Origin: a virus
Virus record (IMG/VR): IMGVR_UViG_3300048592_000962
Coordinates: 1-64,000 of that record
Strand: one strand, 5' to 3'
Length of the DNA: 64,000 bases
Shown here: positions 27,280 to 37,618 of the stretch, piece by piece
Position numbering within the stretch: the first letter of the stretch is position 1
Layout: every line of letters starts with the position of its first letter
Translations under genes and position numbers: made by a program
The notes under the pieces: generated by a model
What the model saw: only the letters and a program-made list of their open reading frames with translations
Databases searched by the model: none
What the model was told of the DNA's origin: nothing

Positions 27280-28631
27280 TGCTCTGACTCCTTGCTGATC
27301 TTCACACCGATGTACTCTGCCCAATCCGGCACGAGGTTGGAGCGCTCGCCGGATACATCGCACACGATCAGAGGCACGGGCGTCGGCACCTCCGGCCACG
27401 GCGTGAGGCAATCGGTGATCACTACGATTCCGTCCGGCCTGTGTTCGAGAGCCTCTTCGATTCCAACGCACATGTCCGTGCCGCCGCCTCCGCCGAACTC
27501 GATCTCGGCCCCTCCGGACACCACTTGCTTTCCGTGTACTTGTTCGTCGACAGAGATGAACGTCGGTGTCACGCCGAGTCCTTCGCAGAGGCTTTCGACG
27601 GTCCCGCGCACGACGCCGAGTTCTCGATTGCCCATCGAGCCGCTCGTGTCGCCGACGATAACGATCTCCGGCTTCGGCCTCCGCATGTGCGGGAGCATCA
27701 CGTTGCCCAAGGCAGTCGCACGCCGGGACGGGCGTTGCCACGTGTGGAGCACCATGCCGGACGCCATCGAGATGGTGTTGCGAAGCTTCCCGTCGAGCAG
27801 CTGATCCCAAGGGATCGGCTCCACGACCAGCATCTTCTGAGCCCAGCGCAGCCAGCCTCCGGGTACCCCTTTCCCCTGTGCATTGGCTGACAGAATGGCC
27901 TCCGCGACCTGGCGCTCCACGTCGAGCCAGTCTGCGTCCGACACGCCATCCGCATCCGTGTCGACGCCGGGCTCACCGTGCTCCCACGCGCGCTTCACTC
28001 CATGTGACCCGCTACCACAGTCGTGCGACGAAGAGGCGACGCTGTCACTGTCTCCGTGATCGTCTCCCTTTTCGGAGAGAATCGGAAGCGGAATGCCCTT
28101 CGTATCATTCTTCGAGCGAGGGGAGTCGACGATGTCGAAGTAGTATTGTTCCCACGTCTTGCCCGGCTCCAAGCCGAGCATGTACGGCTGCCAGTACGTG
28201 CCGACTTTGCCGGCGTGCTTGCCTTGCAGGATTGTCCACGATGGGATCTGCGTCAGCCTCCTCATCGGGATCTCTTGCTGCGAGGTAATGATTGCCTCAG
28301 CAATGTCGTCGTTGATCTCCATGTCCTGGCAGACGTTCACCAGAGCCGCGTTGAAGTAGCTCACGCCCAGCTGGGTTGCGCGATCGCAGTGATGCCGCGT
28401 GACGTGGCACAGCTCATGGTAGATGCAGAGCACGAGCTGATCGATGCTCAGTTGAGCAACGAACTTCGGATTGAAGTAGACGCGTCTCCAGCGGTCGACG
28501 GACATCGTTGGCGTTCCGTCGGTTTCGTAGAACACCAGTGCGTAGATGGCGCGCTGCAAGTATGGCATAAGCCAAACAAGTTTTGCCCGCGCATCGCGCA
28601 TGGCGCCTAACTCTTTGCTTTGGCTCTTCAT
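27276..28631 (-). CDS. DUF2201-type metallopeptidase plus VWA domain protein
   Basis: HELCH (HExxH), DMEIND, MIDAS DTSGSM, GGGGTD, VITD. Confidence 0.85.
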   Translation of the reverse strand: MKSQSKELGAMRDARAKLVWLMPYLQRAIYALVFYETDGTPTMSVDRWRRVYFNPKFVAQLSIDQLVLCIYHELCHVTRHHCDRATQLGVSYFNAALVNVCQDMEINDDIAEAIITSQQEIPMRRLTQIPSWTILQGKHAGKVGTYWQPYMLGLEPGKTWEQYYFDIVDSPRSKNDTKGIPLPILSEKGDDHGDSDSVASSSHDCGSGSHGVKRAWEHGEPGVDTDADGVSDADWLDVERQVAEAILSANAQGKGVPGGWLRWAQKMLVVEPIPWDQLLDGKLRNTISMASGMVLHTWQRPSRRATALGNVMLPHMRRPKPEIVIVGDTSGSMGNRELGVVRGTVESLCEGLGVTPTFISVDEQVHGKQVVSGGAEIEFGGGGGTDMCVGIEEALEHRPDGIVVITDCLTPWPEVPTPVPLIVCDVSGERSNLVPDWAEYIGVKISKESEQ

Positions 28632-29749
28632 TGCGCCTTGTAGTCGAAGTTCGCGCGCTTGAGCGCCGCGCCGATTACCTTCAGCTCGTCCGGAGGACGA
28701 TTCCAGAGGTCGTTGGGCGCGTTTGTGACGAGCGCCCGCGCAGCGGGGACGGTCAGATCGATGGGTACGCGCACGAGCACCTTGAACGCGGCGTACACGC
28801 GCTTGAGGCGCTCTTCCTCATCGAATCGAGGAGAGCGGTCGCTTGCGGCGCTGGCGATGCCATCGAGCGTCGCCATGATCTGGTCCTGCCGGTCTGGAAG
28901 CGGCGTGTTGATCGGATCGGCGAGGTACTCTTCCGGATCGCGCAGGTCGAGGTTGACGACCCACTGAGAGAACTCGCTCTCCGCGCTTCCTCCCACGCAT
29001 CCCGCGAGCATCAGCTTGCCGACGAGGCTGCGTTCGTTGTGCCCGACCGCCGCCGCAGCCGCGAGCATGCGTGCGGCGACGTCCCAGGTGCGCTTCGAGG
29101 GCCACGCTCGGCCCTGTGCGCTGCGCTCTTGGGGCTCGGCGTCGATCAGATCTGGCCGACGCCGCAGAAACGACACGATGAGCGCTCGTTTCGTCTGCAC
29201 GAGGTCGCGCCAGTTCGCAGGCAGCTTCGCGACTTCGGGCTCGGGCCAGCCGCCGAGCATGCCGTCGAAATACTCCTCGGGGTCGCTTCTCCAGTCGAGG
29301 TGCACCCAGCGATTCGCGGTGGCGGCGGTCAGCTGGTAGACACCCGTGGACGTGGACGCCGGATTGCCGGCGGCGATGAAGCTCGTCTCGGCCGGCAGCT
29401 TCACGTCGCCCACGTAGCCGTCTTGGACGACACGTAGCGCGGACGCTTGGACGGTGGCCGGAGCGGTGTTCAGCTCGTCGAAGAACACAGCGCCTCCGCC
29501 CTGTTCGATGCACTCCGCTGCCCAGAGCGGCGGGTGCATGCGAACACCCTTCTCGGTGACGACGGGAAGGCCGGCCTGGTCGGTCGGTTCGCGTGTCGAG
29601 AGCGCGATTGTCCAGATGGGGAGCTTGAGGGCTCGGGCGATGGCTTCGACGCTCCGCGTCTTGCCGGTGCCCGGCGCGCCCCAGAGGAAGATCGGCTGGT
29701 GAGCTTGCATAGCAAGCTGCAATACGAGCAGGTGACTACTGACCTTCAT
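28628..29749 (-). CDS. MoxR-like AAA+ ATPase
   Basis: GAPGTGKT, FFDELN, AAGNP, ANRW, PSKRTW; paired with the VWA gene. Confidence 0.88.
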   Translation of the reverse strand: MKVSSHLLVLQLAMQAHQPIFLWGAPGTGKTRSVEAIARALKLPIWTIALSTREPTDQAGLPVVTEKGVRMHPPLWAAECIEQGGGAVFFDELNTAPATVQASALRVVQDGYVGDVKLPAETSFIAAGNPASTSTGVYQLTAATANRWVHLDWRSDPEEYFDGMLGGWPEPEVAKLPANWRDLVQTKRALIVSFLRRRPDLIDAEPQERSAQGRAWPSKRTWDVAARMLAAAAAVGHNERSLVGKLMLAGCVGGSAESEFSQWVVNLDLRDPEEYLADPINTPLPDRQDQIMATLDGIASAASDRSPRFDEEERLKRVYAAFKVLVRVPIDLTVPAARALVTNAPNDLWNRPPDELKVIGAALKRANFDYKAQ

Positions 29750-29812
29750 GTGTCTCCGTGCGCCGCGGTTGTTCGGCGTCTTCGTGAGGTTTGCGCGGTC
29801 TGTCGACCGTTG

Positions 29813-30418
29813 TCAACTATCTTCGGAGCAATCGTCGCAGATGCGTTCTCCATCGTCTCGTTCTTGGGAGCAGGAGCCGCACACGGGTTGGCCGCACTCG
29901 AAACACGAGTAGTCGGCGGCGTCGGTACCTTCGATCACCCGGCCGTTCGAGATCCAGCCTGCGGGAGCTTCGCACCCTCGGTTCGACACGGCGCACGGGT
30001 CTCCGATCGGTTCGGTTTCGCGCGTCTTTCGTTCCTTGCTGGCAATCGGGTCTGCGTCGATCCAAGCGTCGAGCGAATCGTGCACCTTCGACCCGTGCTT
30101 CATCAGCTTGTCCGGGTCGAACGAGCCGAGCCGAAGCGCGATCCTCGTCATCTGGTTCGGACTTTCGAGTTTGAGCGAGTAGATGATCGCTCCGGCGCAG
30201 TAGGAAGCTTTGGGGTCGTGTAGCGGCTCGAAGCTGGCGTCCTCGTCATCTTCGTGTTCTCGCGTCACGGTCTTGTGGCAGGGGAACACTCCCTCGCCGA
30301 GTGGGCTGGTGCCTGTGACGAGACGGTGGATCTCTCGAATGCGTTCGAGCCGCAGCGGCACGCCGCCCTTCTTGAGGAACGGGCAATTCGAGCACGGCTT
30401 GGTCAGGTTGAAGCGCAT
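29813..30418 (-). CDS. Cys-rich hypothetical protein
   Basis: PCSNCPF..FPCHKT..CAGA and C-terminal CxxC pairs. Confidence 0.6.
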   Translation of the reverse strand: MRFNLTKPCSNCPFLKKGGVPLRLERIREIHRLVTGTSPLGEGVFPCHKTVTREHEDDEDASFEPLHDPKASYCAGAIIYSLKLESPNQMTRIALRLGSFDPDKLMKHGSKVHDSLDAWIDADPIASKERKTRETEPIGDPCAVSNRGCEAPAGWISNGRVIEGTDAADYSCFECGQPVCGSCSQERDDGERICDDCSEDS

Positions 30419-30446
30419 GTTTGCGTCTTTCGTCTATTCGGTGCGG

Positions 30447-30520
30447 CGGAAAAGGTTGGACTCGAACCAACGACAGCCGACTTAGAAGGTCGGTGCTCTA
30501 TCCAGCTGAGCTACTCTTCC
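30447..30520 (-). tRNA. tRNA-Arg(UCU)
   Basis: GGAAGAG/CTTTTCC acceptor stem, D-arm GCTC..GAGC, anticodon stem CCGAC-CTTCTAA-GTCGG, T-loop TTCGAGT; CCA not encoded. Confidence 0.93.
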
Positions 30521-30771
30521 GAATGGCCCGTGCTCTCACCACGGGCAGATTCACACAGCGTCATCACGGGTCGGGACCGTCTCCGTCATCCAGTTATCCA
30601 ACCAAGCGACCCGGTTCGCGCATGACGCACGCGCGCTGCTGCTGTTCTGGGCGCGCCAGCAGCCTCTGCGCAGACGCGTATACAGAGCGGCGCCACGGCG
30701 CGTGTACCACGCTCCGTTCACCTCGGTCTGTGGCCCGAGGTCGGTGAGGCTGTGGAAGAAGTGATTGGGCT

Positions 30772-31575
30772 TCACAGGCTCACCGTGATGATGACGGTGG
30801 AAACCATGGTCCCCGAGGCCGCAAACGAGCCTTCGGGGAGCGATTCGATGGTTCCGTCGAGGTTGTTGAGCCAGTAGCGGAACTGCTCATGACGCAGGTC
30901 GCGACGCCAGACGATGCTGGCGGGGAGGATGGCGCGAAGGACGGCTCGACCTCCGTGTGGAGGACACGTGAGCATCGTGGCCGCGCGGCGCACGTGGTCG
31001 AGATGATCGCCGAGGCCCACGCGTTTGAATGGTGGGTTCATGATCACCGCGTCGTACGCGCCGTCGAAGCACTCCATGAAGTCGCGAATCGTGCTGCCAT
31101 CGGCGGCGCGACGCTCGCCGAACGTCCCCGGCGCTCCTGCTGCCAGAGCCAGCTTCGCGGCGTCGTTCAAAGCTGCGCGCCGACGGTCGTCGCGCTCGAA
31201 CGCGGTCACGTGTGCGCCGCGGTGGAGCAGGGGGACCACCAGCGCCCCGTCTCCCGCGCTCGGCTCCAAGACGTGGTCTCCGGCGTTGACGAACTTGCCG
31301 ATCAGCTTCTCCGCCACCAACGGAGGCGTTGCGAACCACCCGACGTCGCGCTTCGATTCGACCTCACCAGTCGCGAGAACGTCATCGAGAGCAGCCTGCG
31401 CATCCCCGTCGAAGAGGTGCGCCTGGGCCTTGCGGTTCCACTTGCCGCCGACGGACTCCAGAATCTTGTTGACCGCCATGTACGTCTTGCGGTCCAACTG
31501 TTCGACGATGCGCGCATGGGTGCCGGAGCACTCCACTGCACTGAGAATTTCGAGGGTCTCTTGAGCGATTTTCAC
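30772..31575 (-). CDS. Amino-(N6A/N4C) DNA methyltransferase
   Basis: FATP, VLEPSAGDG, IMNPPF, F..SGT. Confidence 0.85.
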   Translation of the reverse strand: MKIAQETLEILSAVECSGTHARIVEQLDRKTYMAVNKILESVGGKWNRKAQAHLFDGDAQAALDDVLATGEVESKRDVGWFATPPLVAEKLIGKFVNAGDHVLEPSAGDGALVVPLLHRGAHVTAFERDDRRRAALNDAAKLALAAGAPGTFGERRAADGSTIRDFMECFDGAYDAVIMNPPFKRVGLGDHLDHVRRAATMLTCPPHGGRAVLRAILPASIVWRRDLRHEQFRYWLNNLDGTIESLPEGSFAASGTMVSTVIITVSL

Positions 31576-31877
31576 GTGTTCTCCGTCTTCTTCGCCTGAG
31601 CATCGAGCTTCACGGGCTTGCCCTCGATGTCAGCGTTTCGCGTCCAGCCGATGTGACCACAGTCGAGGCATTGGTACTCGACTCGATGTAGAAGAGCACG
31701 GCTGTGACACCTGCCTTTCTGGGACGACAGCAGTGGCTTGGTGCGCCCGGTACGGACGACGTTGGTTCCGTCGCCCTCGGCACGCCTGTGGCGCATTCGA
31801 GACCGAAACATCACCTTGCAGTGGGTGCAACGAAACACATTCGGGTATCCGGTCCCGAATCCGCCCATGGTCGCCAT
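31572..31877 (-). CDS. Zinc-ribbon protein
   Basis: CTHC...CLDCGH. Confidence 0.5.
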   Translation of the reverse strand: MATMGGFGTGYPNVFRCTHCKVMFRSRMRHRRAEGDGTNVVRTGRTKPLLSSQKGRCHSRALLHRVEYQCLDCGHIGWTRNADIEGKPVKLDAQAKKTENT

Positions 31878-32612
31878 GATCGATTCTCCTCAGTCGCTGA
31901 CTTCCAGCGCGAGCCCGAGCTGCTCATGGAGCCAACGGGCGGTTTCGAGATCCATCCACTCCCACGAAAATGCGGTCCATTCTTTGGACCCGAGGTCGAC
32001 GCGGATTGCCTTCTGCACCCTCTGCACCTGGAGATTGCCACCCTCGTGCGTCGTCGCGACCTTGAAGTGGGCCCGCGGCAACAAGGCACGAAGGCGCTCG
32101 ACCTCTCGCTCAGCCTCTTCGAGTGCGAGTACCGCATCGTTCAGGTGAGTGCCGTTGATTGCGTCCAAGTCGTCGGGATTGATGGTTTTCGCGGCCGACA
32201 CGACCGCATCGCGTGCCACAAGGGCGGCTCGCATGGCGAGCTGAAACGGCGTGGTCGGCCGCTCACGCGGCTCGATCAGCTCGTCGTCGTCATCGACTAC
32301 TTCGGACGCCGGCCGGATCGTCCAATCTGCGACGGGCTCGCGCATCGGCGCCGACGGAACCAGAGGGCGGGTTCCTGCCGACCTGCCGACCGGCTTCTTC
32401 CGCTTCTTCTGCTGTCGCTTCACCACCCAAGCCTTGCCTTTCTCGCGGCCCACTTCGCTTCAATGTACGCCGCACCCGCGAGGCTCGCCGTGAAGTAGTA
32501 CCACGAATCGTCTCCGCCCCATTTGCGCGATGCAAAGTACAGAACGCTGACGAACACCACATCGTAGATTGTCAGCAGAATGATTGCCCATGCCCTGTCT
32601 GACTTGCGCATT

Positions 32613-33074
32613 TTACTCCAGCAGAGGTTCGAGCCGGTTCATGGTCGCAGCGGCAAGCGCCGTCGCGGCCCATCGCCAGCGCCGCATGTCCGCGCAGTCG
32701 AGACAGTTCGACCGGTATTCGATCCAGTGTTCCCAGCTCGAAAACGGGACACCGCCGAAGGTCACGTCTTCGATGCGAAGGCGCTTGCCAAGGATGGCAG
32801 ACACGAGTCCGGCGGCGTGTTCCTGAATCCACGCTTCGTCGAAGTCGACGACACGCGGCACGTCGTCGTCGCAGAAGGAGCCGAGGCCGAACTCTGGCAG
32901 ATCGAGCTGCTCAGGCCTGGCGACGAGAGCATGAGAGATCTCGTGCAGCACGTCATGGTCGCTCATGCCGCCACAGTAGACGGTATGACCGTCGTAGTAC
33001 GACGTCGTGCGCCATTCTTTTGATAGCTTGACGCCAGCGATTGACGCGAGAGGACGGAACTGCCGGATATTCAT
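32613..33074 (-). CDS. HExxH-containing hypothetical protein
   Basis: LHEISH..PEFGLG..E. Confidence 0.45.
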   Translation of the reverse strand: MNIRQFRPLASIAGVKLSKEWRTTSYYDGHTVYCGGMSDHDVLHEISHALVARPEQLDLPEFGLGSFCDDDVPRVVDFDEAWIQEHAAGLVSAILGKRLRIEDVTFGGVPFSSWEHWIEYRSNCLDCADMRRWRWAATALAAATMNRLEPLLE

Positions 33075-33966
33075 CGTCGGTTTTCGCCAAGACACAAGCC
33101 GCGAGCCACGCTCCGCCTGGCGCCGCCGAGCAACATCGCTTCGGGAAGCATGGCGCGTCTTTCCGCCAGGACCTTTGTTCGCGTTTGCGAGTGGCACGCG
33201 ACGAGAGTTCGATCGTGCAGAATCTCTGCGAATCGAAACATGTACCCAGCCAGGCGACCGACACGATAGGCTTTCAGGCACTCGCGCCAGAAGTCGCGCT
33301 CTCGCATACGATGGCGCTCACCCCCGATGGACACGAAGAAGGCATCGTACCTGTGCTTGCCAAGGAACATGATGCCGCGGGTGTCCTCATCGAGAAACTC
33401 GTCGACGGTCATCATGGTGTCCATCCGTTCTCGCGCAGCACGTGCGCGGCGCGGTAGAGTTCGAGGGCGTACTCGGCGATACGCGCCTTCGACGCGTCGG
33501 TGGCGTTGGCGTCGTCGAGCGGCGCCTGGATGGCGATCACTCCGAGGATATTGGCGCACAGCAGGCCCCAGCGCAGGTCATCTGAAACGTGGCTCCAGCC
33601 CGGACCGAGCATGCTCTTCGCGCGAGCCAGCTCGCGCTCGACGATGATCTGAGCGTGCGGCTTGTCGCGGGTCTTCTTGGGCATCGGCATGTGACACACG
33701 TCGCAGTGAGCGGTGTTGGAGCGACTCATTGCGCGGCCTGTTCGTCGACGAGCAATTCGAGTTCCGCGTATTCTTCCGAGGTGAGCGACTCGCCGTGTGC
33801 GCGGCGGACGCCACGGTCTGAGTACGAACCGCCACCAAGCCGTCGACAAGCGTCGTGGTCCTTGTCCGCGCACGCGAGGGCGGTGCTGATCGAGCGATGC
33901 CGGTGGCCGCAGCCTCGGCGCACGTCTCCGAAGGCTTCGTAGGTTGGTTTTCCCATGGTCTTCGTC

Positions 33967-34311
33967 CTATCGGGCTGCTGCGTCTTCGTTGGGGTGCGTC
34001 ACGTGACGCACAAAGCCGACCATGCACTCCAAGTCGATGGCTTTCGGGCTCCACTCTCCCGGTGCGTAGGCGATCACTTCGACTTCTTGCCGTCCGAGAC
34101 GTTGCAGTGCTTGGATCCGCAGGTATCCGCCGAGCAGATACGGAACGTACTGACCTTCGGTGTTTCGTTCGAGACGAACCATCAGCGGCGACATGAGCCC
34201 GTGCTGCTCGATGGACTGCGCGAGGGCGGTCACCTCTTCGTTGGGGTGCGTCCGAAGAACGTGCTCCGGGTCGATGACGATCGAGTTGATCTTGAGGACG
34301 ACGCGGGTCAC
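33967..34311 (-). CDS. Stand-alone ParB N-terminal-like domain protein
   Basis: LAQSIEQHGLMSPLMV...LLGGYLRIQALQRLG. Confidence 0.65.
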   Translation of the reverse strand: MTRVVLKINSIVIDPEHVLRTHPNEEVTALAQSIEQHGLMSPLMVRLERNTEGQYVPYLLGGYLRIQALQRLGRQEVEVIAYAPGEWSPKAIDLECMVGFVRHVTHPNEDAAAR

Positions 34312-34922
34312 AGGTCCGCTCCCTCACACAGCGTCCAGCGCCGGTCTTCGTGGTAGGGCACCAGGCCGTCCGGCGTCAGGTAGGCGCGCGTGAGGCTGGA
34401 GTGCCCGGTGGAGGCCCACACGAGCCCGCTGGGGGCCGGCGTGTTGTCGTCCCAGACCCAGGGAGCGCCAGCTACGTACCCACGGCGGCGAAGCGACGTG
34501 GTGGGGCTTTGGCTTTCGAGGGAGCCGAGGAAGGATTGAACGAGCCTCTGATCGGTCGAGTCGGACCAGCGAGCCCGCCGTGAGCCCTCGGGACACGGAT
34601 TGCTGCCGTCGCCTCGCGACGGGACCAGAAAGAAACACCGATTCGTGGGCTCGTGGTAGACGCCGGACGGGCAGACTTCCATCGTGCCGGTGTCGGCCAT
34701 CACGTCGGGTCCCGAGTCCTCGGGAGTGAAGGCGTCGGTGCCACCGTCTTCGATTCCGGCGTCGTCGAGCACGGTCGCATCGTCCATCACGAAGGCGTCG
34801 AGGTCGATGGCGGCATCCCCCTCGGGCGCGCCGGCATCGTGATCGACCATCGGGTCGGAGCCGGAACAAGCGACGAGTAGCAGAAGCGAAAGCATGCGGG
34901 TCATGACGGTTCTCCAGTTCAC
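34308..34922 (-). CDS. Lipoprotein with DAG/DGG repeats and a lectin-like C-terminal domain
   Basis: Lipobox LLLVAC; DAG, DAA, DGG, DSG, DTG repeats; CP...CFF...WVWDD..W..CE. Confidence 0.6.
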   Translation of the reverse strand: MNWRTVMTRMLSLLLLVACSGSDPMVDHDAGAPEGDAAIDLDAFVMDDATVLDDAGIEDGGTDAFTPEDSGPDVMADTGTMEVCPSGVYHEPTNRCFFLVPSRGDGSNPCPEGSRRARWSDSTDQRLVQSFLGSLESQSPTTSLRRRGYVAGAPWVWDDNTPAPSGLVWASTGHSSLTRAYLTPDGLVPYHEDRRWTLCEGADL

Positions 34923-35100
34923 GGTTTCTTGCTCACGAAAACCATTCGATTGATCCTACGCTTCGCCATCGCGATCAGCCGACGCGGCTTTCGCTTCGAC
35001 CATTTCGTTTTGGGCTTCGCGGGCAGAATGTCGTAATAATGTTCATGTTCGACGGTGATGACCGCGACTATCTTAGGTCTCGACGGCGGAGCGGCGTCGT

Positions 35101-35655
35101 TCATCGGAAAGCCCTTTCGATCGTGTCGAGCACATCGTAGTGAAGGTCGCCGACCGTGGCACCAGTCGCCTCGAACAGAAGGTTCGACGCACACCTCTCA
35201 CGCACGACATCGAGCATCCGAGCCGCGACATCGTCCATACTGTCGGGGGTGGGCGTTTCCACGATCGCTTCCCACGACTCTCGAATGTCTTTCGTCATCG
35301 CGGGCTCGACGCCGCCGCGCCTTCGGTATTCGAGATAGCCCGCGAGACGATCCACGCCGTCGGTGAAGCGGCCGGTGAAGTGCCGGTCGAAGATGCTGTA
35401 GATCGCGGACGACAGTGCCGCCTCGGGGTCCATCTCGTGCGCTCGACGCCAGGGCGCGGGAAGGTGCCGGAGAGCCTCGGCGGCACTCTTGCACCAGGGG
35501 CCCCGCAGCGTGTCGTTCCGGCCGGTGGCCCACTGCTCGGCGCTGTAGAGAAAGGGGGCTTCCGCTCCCGTTCGGACCAGCCGCACGTGCGGGGCCACGT
35601 TCGCGAAGACCTCCCCCGTCCAAGGGTTGCGCTCCCACTTGTAGCTGGCCATCAC
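35101..35655 (-). CDS. Hypothetical protein
   Basis: Tightly packed minus-strand ORF. Confidence 0.45.
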   Translation of the reverse strand: MMASYKWERNPWTGEVFANVAPHVRLVRTGAEAPFLYSAEQWATGRNDTLRGPWCKSAAEALRHLPAPWRRAHEMDPEAALSSAIYSIFDRHFTGRFTDGVDRLAGYLEYRRRGGVEPAMTKDIRESWEAIVETPTPDSMDDVAARMLDVVRERCASNLLFEATGATVGDLHYDVLDTIERAFR

Positions 35656-36116
35656 GAGTCCTCATCGGGAACGAAGAAACCTCGGTCGAAGATCTCTCCG
35701 ATTTGATACGGGTCGCTCACCACCTTCCGGACCTTGACCTTGGGCCGCTTCGCCGCCGTGTGACCGCTGACCACGACGGCAGACGGTGCCCACCCGACGC
35801 GCACGAACGACTCCGCCTCCTGGCGGGACGGGAGGCTACGCTGCCACCCTCGTGCGAGCCTGTACTGGTCCGCCGTCGTGCCCTTGGTGCACAGGTGCTC
35901 GATGAGCGCTTCGGCCGTCGGGAACACCGGCGTGATCGGACTCCCGTCCGTAACCGTTTCCCAGACCTGCCAACCCTCGCCAGCGGGCGGCTCGATGCGC
36001 TCGCACTGAGGGCAGTTGCAGCAGTAGTTCGCGCATGCGCGCAAGTAGCCTTCCCAGGTCTTTTCGAGCGGCCAATCGAAATCGAGAGCCACCCGCTTGA
36101 TCTGGCTGCCCATCAC
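35652..36116 (-). CDS. Hypothetical phage protein
   Basis: RVALDFDWPL...EPPAGEGWQVWETVTDGSPITPVF. Confidence 0.6.
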   Translation of the reverse strand: MMGSQIKRVALDFDWPLEKTWEGYLRACANYCCNCPQCERIEPPAGEGWQVWETVTDGSPITPVFPTAEALIEHLCTKGTTADQYRLARGWQRSLPSRQEAESFVRVGWAPSAVVVSGHTAAKRPKVKVRKVVSDPYQIGEIFDRGFFVPDEDS

Positions 36117-36306
36117 TCCACCTCGCTTCGGTCGGTCGCGGAAACGATGACCGTGGTCAACTCATCGTCGCTCAGCTCGCCGTCGTTCGCGAAGGCCTGC
36201 TCGGTCTCCCAGCCGAACGCGGTCTGATTCATTCGTTCCCGAAGCTGCGCGTACGCCTCCACGGCGGTCGGCGCCTCGACGTCGATGCTTACGATGAATC
36301 GGAACG

Positions 36307-36888
36307 TCACGATGCGCCTCCCTCTTCTTCCGCTTCGTCGTCCGCGCCGAGCATGACGTGTACGTCTCGCACATCCTCACGGGTCACGAGGCCCCGGTCG
36401 AGCAGCGCCGCGAGGAGCTTGCTACAGCTGTAGTCGAGCGACTGGACGAACGCGAGGTTGCTTTCGTCGAGGACCAAGGCCTCGAACAGCGGCCGCCACG
36501 CCATGAAGTTGTCCTCGCCCTTGCCCTGCGGGAAGGTACGTTGAATGACGCCGTGTTCGTCCACGAACACCGTCACGGACTCGTAAGACGGCGAACAGTA
36601 GATCTTCACCTCCCAGCACGTGGCCGCGACGGTCCCGTCGAACGCGGGCGCCTTCGTGGGCGGCGAGATGCGCAACTGGAACCGTGCGGGTTCGATGATT
36701 TGCGCGTGCGTCCACTGGCGCGATCGCCGGTCGGGGGCGGGGCCGTGCAGCGGAACGGGGAGATGCGCGTACAGCAGCGAAAACTCTTCGCAGGCGAGGA
36801 TGGCTTTGACCAAGGGGTTCATGTCGTCTCCGGTGGGTGTGTGTGCCCGCTCTTCGGGTTGCGTGACGTGCGTCGAACGTTCTGTCAA
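36307..36888 (-). CDS. Hypothetical protein
   Basis: In operon; start may be MNPLVK. Confidence 0.45.
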   Translation of the reverse strand: MTERSTHVTQPEERAHTPTGDDMNPLVKAILACEEFSLLYAHLPVPLHGPAPDRRSRQWTHAQIIEPARFQLRISPPTKAPAFDGTVAATCWEVKIYCSPSYESVTVFVDEHGVIQRTFPQGKGEDNFMAWRPLFEALVLDESNLAFVQSLDYSCSKLLAALLDRGLVTREDVRDVHVMLGADDEAEEEGGAS

Positions 36889-37550
36889 GTAGAAAGCTTG
36901 CGGCGACAGGCGCCGAGGCTGGTCGCGAGGGACTCGTCGTGTCCGGCTCGGATCGCACCGTTGACGAAACGAGTCATCATCTCGACCGAGCTTCGGACCG
37001 TCTCGCCCGAGACGTAGTGCAGCGTGAGGCGAGCCGACTGCGTCTCCCTGAGCCAGTCTCCGACGGGCAGGAATCGCCGGTCGTCGTCGACGGGCACCTG
37101 CTGCCCCACGAAGAGCGCACAGGTGCGCTCGATGACGTGCGAGCGCCAGTGCGTGGAGGTCATGGTGTCGCGCGTGGCGGTGTCACTGTGATGGGGCGGG
37201 ATGTTCACGATACCCCCCAGAGGGCGAGCATTTCGCGCGCGTCTCGCTTGGCCTCGCGAACAGCTTCGAGTGCGTCTCGCAGCCGTTGAGCTACGCGGGT
37301 CGATCGGTAGTCGTTCACGGTCGCTCGCGGGCTGCCGGCGCGGCCGTAGCGGTGTTCACGCTGGGCTCGCGCCAGGTCTTTGGCGTCGTCCGCCCGCGCC
37401 CGAGCGAGCGCCTGTTCGCACGCCATGATTCGGCACCGGGCGTCCGTGCAGAGGCGCCGGAGGTTGGAGGGTCGCTCTGCATCCGTCTCGACGGAGAGCA
37501 GGTTGTCAATGGTGCTTGCCATGATCAACTCCTGCGCGGACAGTCCGCGC

Positions 37551-37612
37551 TCGCGAGGCTCGACGTCGAGGTCGAGCGCCGCGAGCGAGGGGCGGGCCCC
37601 GGAGAGCCCGCC
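37551..37612 (-). repeat. Structured intergenic repeat, copy 1
   Basis: 44 bp identical to 39779-39822, plus an adjacent GC hairpin. Confidence 0.8.
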
Positions 37613-37618
37613 AGTCGC

